IMG/VR virus record: IMGVR_UViG_3300032221_000516
Location: 1-60,223 of that record
DNA from: a virus
Lineage: Duplodnaviria; Caudoviricetes
DNA: 60,223 nt
Strand: one strand, 5' to 3'
In this document: positions 27,716 through 37,699 of the stretch, piece after piece
Position numbering within the stretch: the stretch's first letter is position 1
Layout of the letters: each line of letters opens with the position of its first letter
Position numbers and translations under genes: made by a program
The notes under the pieces: model-generated
Seen by the model: only the letters and a program-made list of their open reading frames with translations
The model's database searches: none
What the model was told of the DNA's origin: nothing

Positions 27716-30700
27716 ATGGCAGACATTACAGTAGATGTTAATTTGCCTAGTACAATTAGTGTTGATGTAACATCACCAACACAGGTTTTAGCTACTAACA
27801 TTTCTATTCCTGGACCTCAAGGACCAAGAGGAGAAAAAGGTAATCCTACATCAATAAATAGTTTAACTGCAGAAAATATTATTATAACTGGATCAGATGG
27901 TAATATAGTTTATAATAGTGGCCTTAATACAATTTTTATTTCTGGTAATAGTGGATATTTTCAATCAGCAGTAAACTCTTTAACAACTAATTTAAATTCA
28001 ACTGGTGCCAATTTAAATACTTCAATAAACTCTTTAAGTGGATTGTTTACTGGATATACTGGAACTTTAGATGCAACTTATGCAACAGATTCTCAATTAA
28101 ATTCAACTGGTAATACATTAAATATTAAAATAGATAACCTAAGTGGTTATGTAAATTCTCAAGATTCAAATATATCAAACAACTTAGCATCTACTGGATC
28201 TTCTCTTCAAAGTAATATAAATACACTTTCATCTAATTTAAATTCTACTGGTACTACTTTAAATTCTAGTATATCTTCTTTGAGTGGAACTCTAACTTCT
28301 AACTACGCTACAATCATTAACCTTGCGTCCACAGGTTCAAATCTACAAAATCAGATTAATAATTTTGATAACGTTTATGCAACAGACGCTAGCGTTACAG
28401 CAGTAGCAAATAATCTTGCTAGTACTGGTAGTACGTTAGAAACTAAAATTGGTTCATTAAGTGGGACTTTGACAAGTAATTATGCAACAATTACAAATTT
28501 AGGTTTAACTGGTAGCACATTAAATAATAATATAAATTCACTTAGCGGAACCTTAACTTCCAACTACGCAACTATTACTAATCTTGCAAGTACTGGTTCA
28601 ACTTTAGTTTCTAGTATAAATTCTCTTAACTCTGCTTTTACTGGATTTACTGGAAATCTTGATGCAACATATGCAACCGATAGTCAATTAGCTACTACTG
28701 GAACAACTCTTGTTAATAGCATTAGTTCTCTTAGCGGAACTTTGACTTCTAATTATGCAACTATTAGTAATCTCGCTAGCACTGGTTCAACATTAGTTAA
28801 TACCATAAGTTCATTGAGTGGTACTTTAACTTCTAACTATGCTACTATAAATAATTTAAATTCTACAGGAAGCACTTTAGAAACAAATATAGCCTCTACT
28901 GGTAATACATTAAATTTAAGTATAAATTCACTTAGCGGAACTTTGACTTCAACATATGCTACAATAACAAATTTAGCATCAACTGGTTCAACTTTAAATA
29001 ATAGTATTAGCTCTTTGAGCGGAACTCTTACTAGTACTTACGCTACAATAAATAATCTAGCAAGCACTGGTTCTACACTACAAAGCAACATCAATACATT
29101 AACAAATGATTTAAGCTCAACAGGTAGTTCATTAGATAATAAGATTGGATTATTGAGCGGAACGCTAACATCTACTTACGCTACTATCTCAAATCTTTCT
29201 AGCACAGGTTCTACATTAAACACAAGAATCAATGACTTAAGTGGATATGTTAATACTCAAGATAATTCTATATCTAACAATTTAATTTCTACTGGTAATA
29301 CTTTACAAAATAATATAAATTCACTTAGCGGCAGTTCAGTTTTACTTTATGGAAATCAAAGCGTTGGTGGAGTTAAAACTTTTAGAGATAATGTTTATAT
29401 TAATAATCTTTTTGTTACTGGAACTGAAACAATTGTTAATACTCCACAGATTAATATTGCAAGTAATTATTTGCTTTTGAATCTTACTGGTGGCGCAGTA
29501 GATGGTGGAATTTTCTTTGTTACTGGAAGTGGTTTAACAGGAATAAATGATACTGGTCCAATTATTGGTTTTGATCATGTTAATAAATTTAAATTTGGAA
29601 TTAGCACAAGAAATAGTGACCTTTCAACTTTACCTGATATAGCATCAGTTCAAGATATTACTACTTATAGCGGTTTTGTTGATGGCAAGTACTCAACCAT
29701 AATAAATCTTGCTTCAACTGGAAGCACACTATCTACAAATCTAGCCAGTACAGGTTCGACCCTCCAAACAAATATAAATAACTTAAGTAATACCTATGCT
29801 ACAATCACAAACCTCGCTTCGACTGGAAGTACGCTAGTTACTAATTTAGCTAGTACTGGCAGTACTTTAGCCACTAACCTTGCTAATACTGGCTCAACAC
29901 TTCAAACTAATATAAATAATCTTAGCGGCTATGTTAATTCTTCATCTAGTAATATAGTATTTACAACTGGGAACCAAACTATAAGTGGAAGTAAAACTTT
30001 TAACAATACATTATCTGTTACTAGTATATCTGGTTTAAGTGGAGTTGGTGGGCCAACTTCCATTGATATTAAAGGAATGGATAATGCTTCATTAGTATTT
30101 GGTAGTAATTACCTTGGTGGTTATGTTAATATAACAGCTGGAAGTGGAAATCTTGCAGGAGGACAAATTAATTTATATGCAGGAAAATTTGGTTCTACAG
30201 CTTATGGTGGAAATATTAATGTAATTGCTTCTAATATTAATATAAATAATGATAATACTTCAGCGAAAAGTATAACCATTTATAAAACTGGAGCAAGTTC
30301 AACAAGTGCTAATATTAGCATTGGACAAACTTCAGTTGATGTAGATAATATTTTTAGAATTAGTGGAGTAGCAGTAACTCCATCTCTTTATGCTACTTCA
30401 GCTAATTTAGCTTCTACTGGAAGCACATTAGTTACGAATTTAGCTAGTACTGGATCAACTTTAAACTCTAGCATTAATTCATTAAGTGGTACATTGACTG
30501 GAAATTACCTTACAACTTCATCTGCTTCTAGCACTTATGCAACTATCACTAATCTAGCAAGCACTGGCTCTACTTTAAATACCAGAATAAACAATCTTAG
30601 TGGTTATATAAATTCAACATCTAGTAATATTGTATTTACAACTGGAAATCAAAATATTGGTGGAAATAAAACATTTACTGGAATTACTACATTCTCTGGT

Positions 30701-31717
30701 CAAGAAGTTAATCTTATAGATACAGCATTAAATCTTAGCGGTGTTGGAGACATGACATTTTCTGGCACAAATATTAATTTTATTAATTCTCCAGTATACA
30801 TAACTGGCACAAATTTAAGAGTTAGTGGTGATGCATCAGCATATAACGTATATACAACTGGCAAAATTGGAATAGGAACATCCTCTCCTACGGAAAAATT
30901 AGAAGTAGCTGGTAATATTAAATTTGGTGATGTTGCAAATGGTTATTCTGCTAAGTTTATGATGTGGGACACTCCAAATGCCGAATATAATACTGGAGAA
31001 TGGACTGACTCTCAATTTATATTAAGAAATTCTACACCTAATGCACATATAGCATTAGTTTTCGAAACAATCACAAATTATATAGAATCTAATGGTTCAA
31101 TACTTAGGCTTCCTTCTGGTAAAGATGATTTTATCGCAATGGATCGCGAAGTTGTTCACAAAACTGGAAATGAAACTATCTCTGGAGTCAAAACTTTCAT
31201 AGGAAATCAAATTATTAGTGGTAATACAACAATAACTGGTAATCTTAATGTTTCTGGAATGATTAGAACTCCTCAACAAAACAAAACATTTGTTTATAGA
31301 CCAACTATAACTGGAGGTGGAAATAACACTGCAACAATTGCTTATGGAGCAAATTGTACTCTTACTCCAAGATACGTTGGGACATTAAGAGCAGATGCAT
31401 GTATTTCAATGTGGGGCATAAATGGCGCATCAAGTGATACAATACAAGCTGCTTCATTTTGGTATGGCACAGGAACAGCCCCAGTTTATTCTGGAAATCT
31501 AGTAAACTTAGGAGGAACTAGAATTGGAGGACTAAAACATGTGCAGCATGGTTCGAGCCCAGCAATAAGCACCGTATATCCAGTTGGAACTTCTTGGGTC
31601 GCAGAAATAACTGGTTTAAATACTGGAACTCAATATTGGTTTGATATTGGAATTTCTGGCAGCAACGGAAGATTACGAGTTCAAGACGTTCAATTGTATA
31701 TAGAAGAAAAATATTGA
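27716..31717 (+). CDS. long trimeric fibre protein
   Basis: Short collagen GPQGPRGEKG; many YATITNLASTGSTL..INSLSG coiled-coil repeats; TGNQTISG.KTF shaft motifs; IGIGTSSPTEKLEVAG. Confidence 0.8.
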   Translation: MADITVDVNLPSTISVDVTSPTQVLATNISIPGPQGPRGEKGNPTSINSLTAENIIITGSDGNIVYNSGLNTIFISGNSGYFQSAVNSLTTNLNSTGANLNTSINSLSGLFTGYTGTLDATYATDSQLNSTGNTLNIKIDNLSGYVNSQDSNISNNLASTGSSLQSNINTLSSNLNSTGTTLNSSISSLSGTLTSNYATIINLASTGSNLQNQINNFDNVYATDASVTAVANNLASTGSTLETKIGSLSGTLTSNYATITNLGLTGSTLNNNINSLSGTLTSNYATITNLASTGSTLVSSINSLNSAFTGFTGNLDATYATDSQLATTGTTLVNSISSLSGTLTSNYATISNLASTGSTLVNTISSLSGTLTSNYATINNLNSTGSTLETNIASTGNTLNLSINSLSGTLTSTYATITNLASTGSTLNNSISSLSGTLTSTYATINNLASTGSTLQSNINTLTNDLSSTGSSLDNKIGLLSGTLTSTYATISNLSSTGSTLNTRINDLSGYVNTQDNSISNNLISTGNTLQNNINSLSGSSVLLYGNQSVGGVKTFRDNVYINNLFVTGTETIVNTPQINIASNYLLLNLTGGAVDGGIFFVTGSGLTGINDTGPIIGFDHVNKFKFGISTRNSDLSTLPDIASVQDITTYSGFVDGKYSTIINLASTGSTLSTNLASTGSTLQTNINNLSNTYATITNLASTGSTLVTNLASTGSTLATNLANTGSTLQTNINNLSGYVNSSSSNIVFTTGNQTISGSKTFNNTLSVTSISGLSGVGGPTSIDIKGMDNASLVFGSNYLGGYVNITAGSGNLAGGQINLYAGKFGSTAYGGNINVIASNININNDNTSAKSITIYKTGASSTSANISIGQTSVDVDNIFRISGVAVTPSLYATSANLASTGSTLVTNLASTGSTLNSSINSLSGTLTGNYLTTSSASSTYATITNLASTGSTLNTRINNLSGYINSTSSNIVFTTGNQNIGGNKTFTGITTFSGQEVNLIDTALNLSGVGDMTFSGTNINFINSPVYITGTNLRVSGDASAYNVYTTGKIGIGTSSPTEKLEVAGNIKFGDVANGYSAKFMMWDTPNAEYNTGEWTDSQFILRNSTPNAHIALVFETITNYIESNGSILRLPSGKDDFIAMDREVVHKTGNETISGVKTFIGNQIISGNTTITGNLNVSGMIRTPQQNKTFVYRPTITGGGNNTATIAYGANCTLTPRYVGTLRADACISMWGINGASSDTIQAASFWYGTGTAPVYSGNLVNLGGTRIGGLKHVQHGSSPAISTVYPVGTSWVAEITGLNTGTQYWFDIGISGSNGRLRVQDVQLYIEEKY

Positions 31718-31742
31718 TTTTTATTTAATTTTAAAGTATAAT
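31714..31742 (+). promoter_or_regulatory. sigma70-like promoter TTGATT-17-TATAAT, leaderless
   Basis: ATG 31748 is 5 nt after TATAAT. Confidence 0.65.
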
Positions 31743-31747
31743 ACCTT

Positions 31748-32368
31748 ATGGTAAAAGAAGATTTTTTCTTTATTATTATTCCTACTGGTAGTGGTAAAGC
31801 TGATATAGAAACTCTTTGGAAATGGTCAACTATTCCTGTTTTTTTAAATAAAAGATTATTTCCTATTACAGTTTATAATAAAGGTATATCTGCTTCTCGA
31901 ACAGCAGCTTTTAATACCGCCAAAAATACTCTTGATAAAATGGGAGTAAAACATGGTGGAAAAATTAGAGCTCTACTTTTAGACGATGATATAATTTTAC
32001 CAACGAATCTTGACTTAAGAGTTATTGTTGATGCCTTTAAAAAGGCAGATGAAAATAATTGGAATCTCATAGCTAATTACAGAGTCCAACATACTGCCAC
32101 AGAAAATGGCATGGTAAACGTTATGATGAAAAGAAAGAAAAATGATCAATATTCTTTTTACTCTGATTCAGATTTAGCAAAACTAAAAACTTTCGATGAA
32201 CTTCCAGATACAGTTTCTGGTTTAGGTTTTTACTATGGAGAAATTAATTTAGACTATCAATTTCATTATGATGATCGTCCAGAAGATATCAATTTCTTTA
32301 GAGATAATAAAATACAACTTCGCTATCTTGATCTAAGACTCTATCACGAAAAGAAAATATACATTTAG
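31748..32368 (+). CDS. putative glycosyltransferase (GT2-like fold)
   Basis: IIIPT, ISASR, LLLDDDI, SGLGF and EDINFF motifs. Confidence 0.6.
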   Translation: MVKEDFFFIIIPTGSGKADIETLWKWSTIPVFLNKRLFPITVYNKGISASRTAAFNTAKNTLDKMGVKHGGKIRALLLDDDIILPTNLDLRVIVDAFKKADENNWNLIANYRVQHTATENGMVNVMMKRKKNDQYSFYSDSDLAKLKTFDELPDTVSGLGFYYGEINLDYQFHYDDRPEDINFFRDNKIQLRYLDLRLYHEKKIYI

Positions 32369-33046
32369 ATGAGGATAGAAAACGAGATATTGGGCATCAA
32401 AATTGATTGCTTAAATTATTATCCAAATAAAGTATATTTGAATGATATATTTTATGAGATTATGGGCGGAATGTATGATATGGAGGTAAAAGATACTAAA
32501 GTCGTTGATATCGGTGCTTTTTATGGCGAAACAGCAATTTATTATTCAAAGATGGGAGCATCAGAAGTGTTTGCATATGAACCATTCAAAAGTGAATCTT
32601 TTATCTCCTCCAATGCACAATTAAATGGATGCAATAATATAAAAAGTTACAGAATGGCAGTTTCAGATAATGATGGATTTTTTAATTGCGATCCAGATTT
32701 TGAGAATCGCGCAGAAACAAAGATTTATTATGCTGAAAATCCAGATAAAAAATTAAATAAAATCAGTTTAGAAAGTATCGTTAATGAACATAATATTGAA
32801 GATGGATGTTTAAAATTAGATGCAGAAGGAGCAGAATTTGAGATTATAAAAGGTGCGCCAGTAGAAACCTTAAGGAGATTTAAACAAATGGTATTAGAAG
32901 TGCATAATTACTTTGGTAATATCGATGAAATAACAGATAAATTAATGAATAGTGGATTTGATATAACCTATAGCCCTAATCCTATAGTAAAATTTGAATT
33001 TAGAGACTCTATAAAAATGCTAAAATGTATAAGAAATAATAGATAA
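32369..33046 (+). CDS. FkbM-family SAM-dependent methyltransferase
   Basis: VVDIGAFYG, AYEP, LKLDAEGAEFEII and LEVH motifs. Confidence 0.9.
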   Translation: MRIENEILGIKIDCLNYYPNKVYLNDIFYEIMGGMYDMEVKDTKVVDIGAFYGETAIYYSKMGASEVFAYEPFKSESFISSNAQLNGCNNIKSYRMAVSDNDGFFNCDPDFENRAETKIYYAENPDKKLNKISLESIVNEHNIEDGCLKLDAEGAEFEIIKGAPVETLRRFKQMVLEVHNYFGNIDEITDKLMNSGFDITYSPNPIVKFEFRDSIKMLKCIRNNR

Positions 33047-33111
33047 TAAATATTGTTTTTGGTTTTATTTAATGTAATAATATTTGATTTATATAGTGTA
33101 ATATCTATTAT

Positions 33112-33636
33112 ATGACCACTAAAATTGTAGACATTGCAGACGAAGTATACCGTGAATTAGGCGAACCAGCAGATATAAGTATTGCTTCAATAGCTTACTG
33201 GCTAAGAACTAATATAGGAAAATTGAATGTTCTTTTAAATAAACCATATTTAATTAACGAAACTACTTTAGAAATATATAGTTCAGATGAGACAAAAGAC
33301 CCTTTTGGTATTAACGAAAAAAGTATATTCAAAAAAATATATACAGTTCATTATTATGAACGCCTTTTTCGTAATGCTCTTGGTGCAGCTAGCACAGATA
33401 GTGCATTAGAAATAACAGAAAATGGATTTACTGGCAGAAAAGTTAATAAAAATGAATTAGCAAAAACTTATTCAGATCTTAAGAAACAAGCTGATGCAGA
33501 GCTTAAAATATTGCTTGATAAATATGAAATTAACGAAGTTACTCCTCTTCAAGTTGCTGGCGATGATACTATAGAAGGCTTGGACTATCCTTCTATGTAT
33601 GGTAATTCGCATGGGAGAAGCATAGAGAATTTGTAA
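33112..33636 (+). CDS. putative head-tail adaptor
   Basis: Synteny; helical 174 aa; GTGTAA 10 nt upstream. Confidence 0.5.
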   Translation: MTTKIVDIADEVYRELGEPADISIASIAYWLRTNIGKLNVLLNKPYLINETTLEIYSSDETKDPFGINEKSIFKKIYTVHYYERLFRNALGAASTDSALEITENGFTGRKVNKNELAKTYSDLKKQADAELKILLDKYEINEVTPLQVAGDDTIEGLDYPSMYGNSHGRSIENL

Positions 33637-33637
33637 T

Positions 33638-34081
33638 ATGGCATCTTTTTTTTCGGCTAGTGATATTGCAGGTTTTCATAACGATGTAAATACTCATTTT
33701 GATACATTCAAAAGATTATTAACAATTCATAAAACTCCAGTTAAAAGAGTAACTATATCTACAGCTAATCCTCAAATGATAGGATATCAAACTGATTCTG
33801 TCGAGGAACAAATTGAATATGTTCCAGAAAGTCAAGATTTCTATGCTATTATAAAATATGAAAATAGAGCAACACCAGATCTAGTAGAACAAATACAAAT
33901 TAAAACTAGCAATCCAATTGTCTCTATCAAAGTAAAAAGCGATGCAAGAAATTATATATTAAATGGTCGTACAGAAAAAGTAACTTTTGATGAAAAATCT
34001 TTTAATATAATAAGCACAGATATAGTAAAAAGCTACCAAGGATTAAAATATTATCTATTCTATCTAGAAGAAACAAAATAA
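33638..34081 (+). CDS. putative head closure protein
   Basis: Synteny; beta-rich 147 aa. Confidence 0.45.
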   Translation: MASFFSASDIAGFHNDVNTHFDTFKRLLTIHKTPVKRVTISTANPQMIGYQTDSVEEQIEYVPESQDFYAIIKYENRATPDLVEQIQIKTSNPIVSIKVKSDARNYILNGRTEKVTFDEKSFNIISTDIVKSYQGLKYYLFYLEETK

Positions 34082-34082
34082 A

Positions 34083-34673
34083 ATGAGTAAAATAAATTAC
34101 TCTGCAGTCAGAAACAAAGTCAAAAATTCCCCAAAGTTTGAAACCACAATAGATAAAAAAGTCAAAAAAAATTTTGAACAATTAAGAAGCAATTTTATTC
34201 AAGATTTTGAAAATCACCCAGTAACTCAAGAGATAGATCAAGGCCCAACTGCATCTAATTCTTCTGGAACATTAAATGGCATAGGAAATCTTTTTAGCTA
34301 CATAGGTTTTCAAAGAGGCTCAAATCCAGTTAAACCTGTTAAAGATTTTATACGAAACGCTTTTAAATTAGATAAATTAAAATCTAAAACCGCAGGTAAT
34401 AAGATTCAAATGAATTATAAAATATCTTATCCAACAGAAAAAGATCTTGATGGAATTACCCGCATGCCATGGGAAGGTGGAAATAGTTGGTTAATTGGAA
34501 TTGAAAAAGGCATATCTGGATTTGGTAATTATATTGCTAAAAGATTTGAAAAAGGTAGATCTGGTGAAGCTTTGCAATCGGAAAATAGAGTTAGAAGTGG
34601 CACATTTAAACCAGTTAAATACATATCTGAAATAGTAAGTAATTTTGTAAAAAGTGTAAAGAATATTAAATGA
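34083..34673 (+). CDS. putative neck/tail completion protein
   Basis: Synteny; basic 196 aa. Confidence 0.45.
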   Translation: MSKINYSAVRNKVKNSPKFETTIDKKVKKNFEQLRSNFIQDFENHPVTQEIDQGPTASNSSGTLNGIGNLFSYIGFQRGSNPVKPVKDFIRNAFKLDKLKSKTAGNKIQMNYKISYPTEKDLDGITRMPWEGGNSWLIGIEKGISGFGNYIAKRFEKGRSGEALQSENRVRSGTFKPVKYISEIVSNFVKSVKNIK

Positions 34674-35515
34674 AAAGCCAATTTGATAATATAGTTACTT
34701 CTAGCATGCTTCTTTTTATTGATCATAAATTATGTTCAGTTGGTGAGGCATATACAAATTATAATGGTCAAATATTTCCTATAACAAGCACTTATTATTC
34801 CTATAATACTTATGCTTTACCATTTAAACAAATTATAGCTGATAGCTCAATTAGTGGCGCTAATATAATGTCTGGAGTATATGTTAATGGTTCATTTACT
34901 TCTATTAATTCTAGTAATTTAAAAGGAATTAATCATTATCGCGGCCAAGTATATTTTAGCGGTTCTGCTACTGGTACAGTAAGTGGCAATTATTCAGTCA
35001 AGGATTTTAATGTATATTTAACTAATAAACCAGAAGAGGAAATATTATTTGAAACCCAATATAAAGTAAGACCAAAAGTAACTCAAAATTTAACTGGTTT
35101 AGCAGATGATACAGAGACTATTCCTTCTATATTTGTTAAATATAATGGTGGAGCTAATGAGCCTTTTGCTTTTGGTGGCGTTAAAGACTCTGTATTAAAT
35201 GTAAGAGCTATAGTTGTAGCTGATAATCTATTTAATCTAGATGCAGCTTGCTCTATATTAAGAGATACCAGTAATACCTTTGTATATACAATTAATTCTA
35301 CTGAATTAGGTATGGATAATTTAGGCAATTTTACAGGCGGATACTATAACTATAATAATATAGTTAATAGTAAGGTAAATAGTACCGATAGATTATATAT
35401 TGATGAAGTTAGAGTCAGTAAAGTACCAAATTTGGGCTTTAATGGCACTAATTTTAAAAATGTATTATATCCCGCTTTTGTTGACTTTACTCTTAAGAAA
35501 GTTAGAACAATTTAA
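34670..35515 (+). CDS. putative tail terminator / neck protein
   Basis: Immediately upstream of the tail tube; PSIFV motif; GTGTAA at 34654. Confidence 0.45.
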   Translation: MKSQFDNIVTSSMLLFIDHKLCSVGEAYTNYNGQIFPITSTYYSYNTYALPFKQIIADSSISGANIMSGVYVNGSFTSINSSNLKGINHYRGQVYFSGSATGTVSGNYSVKDFNVYLTNKPEEEILFETQYKVRPKVTQNLTGLADDTETIPSIFVKYNGGANEPFAFGGVKDSVLNVRAIVVADNLFNLDAACSILRDTSNTFVYTINSTELGMDNLGNFTGGYYNYNNIVNSKVNSTDRLYIDEVRVSKVPNLGFNGTNFKNVLYPAFVDFTLKKVRTI

Positions 35516-35524
35516 ATTAATAAG

Positions 35525-35550
35525 TTCTCAAGGACTTTAATTTAATGTAA
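35525..35550 (+). promoter_or_regulatory. TTCTCAAGGA-N10-ATGTAA element upstream of the tail tube gene
   Basis: Same motif and spacing as 24466-24491. Confidence 0.55.
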
Positions 35551-35580
35551 TTCAGTATGAATTTATAGGAGAAAAAAATT

Positions 35581-36396
35581 ATGGGCAATGTAACATACTA
35601 TCCAGCACAAAAGTTATTAATAACAGGAGCAGAAATTAATCTTGTTCAAAGCGCAGACGTAGATTTCAGTATTAGTCGTCAAGACATTTACGAATTTGGT
35701 AATCTATATGCAGTAGACAATATTCAAGTTGAACCACCAACTGCTACTTTGAATTTTTCTTACATTCTAGCTACTGGAATCAATAACCACATTCTATTAG
35801 GTCTAAACAACCTAGATACTTTACTCGCTGACGTAGCTGGAAAACAATACACTCTAACTGGCGCTGGCCTTCTAACTATTCCAAGTGGAGTTATTAGTTC
35901 TTATGCAGTAGAAGGTTCACTAGGAAATGTTCCAACAGTAACAGTAAGTGTACAAGCTCTTGATGCAACATATAGTGCTGGTAACCCAACTTATCCAGCT
36001 GGTTCAATCAATGAATTGAATGTAGTTCGTCCAGATCAAATTGATATTGTTCTTGGTGGAACAAGTTACGAATGTAGATCCTTCTCATTCACCCTCGATA
36101 TTCCACGCGAATACGTAAATAAACTAGGACAACTAACTCCTATCGCTAATATTCTAACTGGTCCTCCAAAGGTAACAGTAGAAGCAGAAGTTATTTTAAG
36201 AGATAATGCAAATCCAAAATTCGCAAATGATGCATCAAACAATGTAAACATTGCTTGCGGAACATTGAACTTTGCAGTTTCTGGAGCTAAACTTGCTAAC
36301 TTTACTTCCAATACTACATTAGACGATATTCAAATCGCTTCAATAACATTGGAAGCACCAGTTAAATCTGCTTCTCAAATCACAATCTCTGCTTAA
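35581..36396 (+). CDS. major tail (tube) protein
   Basis: Strong SD; highly-expressed codon bias; VQS...SRQDIYEFG and a second repeat SFSFTLDIPRE..KLG; position before chaperones and TMP. Confidence 0.75.
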   Translation: MGNVTYYPAQKLLITGAEINLVQSADVDFSISRQDIYEFGNLYAVDNIQVEPPTATLNFSYILATGINNHILLGLNNLDTLLADVAGKQYTLTGAGLLTIPSGVISSYAVEGSLGNVPTVTVSVQALDATYSAGNPTYPAGSINELNVVRPDQIDIVLGGTSYECRSFSFTLDIPREYVNKLGQLTPIANILTGPPKVTVEAEVILRDNANPKFANDASNNVNIACGTLNFAVSGAKLANFTSNTTLDDIQIASITLEAPVKSASQITISA

Positions 36397-36410
36397 GGTT
36401 TCAATATTAT

Positions 36411-36449
36411 TATAATAAACTAGACTTTCCGTTTAGTTTATTATATAAT
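36411..36449 (+). promoter_or_regulatory. 12-bp inverted repeat overlapping a TAGACT-17-TATAAT promoter
   Basis: TATAATAAACTA 36411-36422 / TAGTTTATTATA 36434-36445; -35 at 36421, -10 at 36444. Confidence 0.6.
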
Positions 36450-36469
36450 ATTTTAAAGGTAAAAGGTGT

Positions 36470-36685
36470 ATGTCAAAGGAAAAAGATTATCTATCGTTTC
36501 AAGTACGTAGAAAAGTTACTAATTTATTTAAGAACTTCTTCATTATTCTAGAAGATTTATCTAAAGAAAACCCTTCTATATCTCAAGAAAAATACAATCA
36601 ACTTCGCAAAAGAGTTCTTGATTATGGCAATGATACCATAAGAGAACTAGAAGAAGATCTCAAACAATTTAAAATAAATCTATGA
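36470..36685 (+). CDS. hypothetical protein
   Basis: 71 aa helical; LRKRVLDYGND motif. Confidence 0.7.
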   Translation: MSKEKDYLSFQVRRKVTNLFKNFFIILEDLSKENPSISQEKYNQLRKRVLDYGNDTIRELEEDLKQFKINL

Positions 36686-36945
36686 GAAAACTTCATTTTA
36701 ATTTTCCAGTTCAAAGCATTATAGAAGCAAATTTAAATTTGCAAACTATACAAAGAACTCTATCTAAAGAATACAAGATATATAGCCCAAAACTAGAAAC
36801 ACTAGTAAGTGATAAATTTATATCTATGTACAAAACTTGGGGCGAAAAAAGAAAAGAAGATTTTGTCAAAACGATAGCTGGTAAATTGAATTTTAAAAAA
36901 GTTAAGAATTTTTTTGATGAAAAAACAGGAGAAACAAATGAGTAA
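36682..36945 (+). CDS. hypothetical protein
   Basis: ATGA-coupled, 87 aa. Confidence 0.6.
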   Translation: MRKLHFNFPVQSIIEANLNLQTIQRTLSKEYKIYSPKLETLVSDKFISMYKTWGEKRKEDFVKTIAGKLNFKKVKNFFDEKTGETNE

Positions 36946-37699
36946 ATATTTATATAATTTTACAGAAAACAAAACAGTAGAAGTTGAAAAAATTGAAGAA
37001 TCTACTAATGAAAACAATGAATTAGTCAAAACAATTAAAAAAGTTAAAGAAGAAAAACCTTTTGAATTTGCTATCAGAAAACCAAATAGAGCTATGACTG
37101 ATGATGCAGAACTTTTTTATGGAGTTAAATTAGCAGAAGGTATTAAAGCTGGCATGCTTACTAGAACTTTAATGGTTAAAAAGTATGATAAAGATGGTGG
37201 TATTTTTACAGAAGGCGAAGTAGAAAAGATTAAGATTCTTTTAGAAGAGTTAACCAACGTACAAATAAAGTATCAAGTTTACGTTGATAAGGAAGATAAA
37301 AAAGAAGAATTAACTCAACAAGAAAAAGAAGAGAAAAACAAATTAGAAGCACAAGTTAATGCTCTAAGACTAGAGCTTATTGAATTAGAAAATACCAAGA
37401 ATAATATCTTTGAACAAACCGCAGAGAATAGAGCTAAAAATAAAACTATGATGTGGTGGATTCTTTTCTTATCATATAAAAAAGAAGGTGATAATTATAC
37501 TCCATTATTTGGAGAAGGAACTTACGAACAAAGAATCAAAAAATACGATGAAATAGAAGAGGGCGAAGATGAATTTCTTAAAAACATACTTACTAAATTC
37601 GCTTATTTTGTAAGTTTTTGGTATTCTGGAAAAGCTGCTAAACCAGAAGATTTTAAAGTAATTGAAGACTATTTAAAGGAGCAAGGTAATCAAACTTGA
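36938..37699 (+). CDS. putative tail assembly chaperone (start corrected to 36938)
   Basis: SD AGGAG; charged coiled coil; lies between tube and TMP. Confidence 0.55.
   Translation: MSKYLYNFTENKTVEVEKIEESTNENNELVKTIKKVKEEKPFEFAIRKPNRAMTDDAELFYGVKLAEGIKAGMLTRTLMVKKYDKDGGIFTEGEVEKIKILLEELTNVQIKYQVYVDKEDKKEELTQQEKEEKNKLEAQVNALRLELIELENTKNNIFEQTAENRAKNKTMMWWILFLSYKKEGDNYTPLFGEGTYEQRIKKYDEIEEGEDEFLKNILTKFAYFVSFWYSGKAAKPEDFKVIEDYLKEQGNQT

Noticed and set aside
16326-31200. Repeated TGNQTISG segments as possible DGR template/variable repeats
   Set aside because: Differences are mostly synonymous and not adenine-specific, and there is no reverse transcriptase in the window.
37672-37699. Classical -1 slippery heptamer T TTA AAG near the end of the first tail chaperone (possible G/GT frameshift)
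   Set aside because: The -1 frame reads TTT AAA GGA GCA AGG TAA and stops before joining the 37696 ORF, which has its own SD and TTG start.
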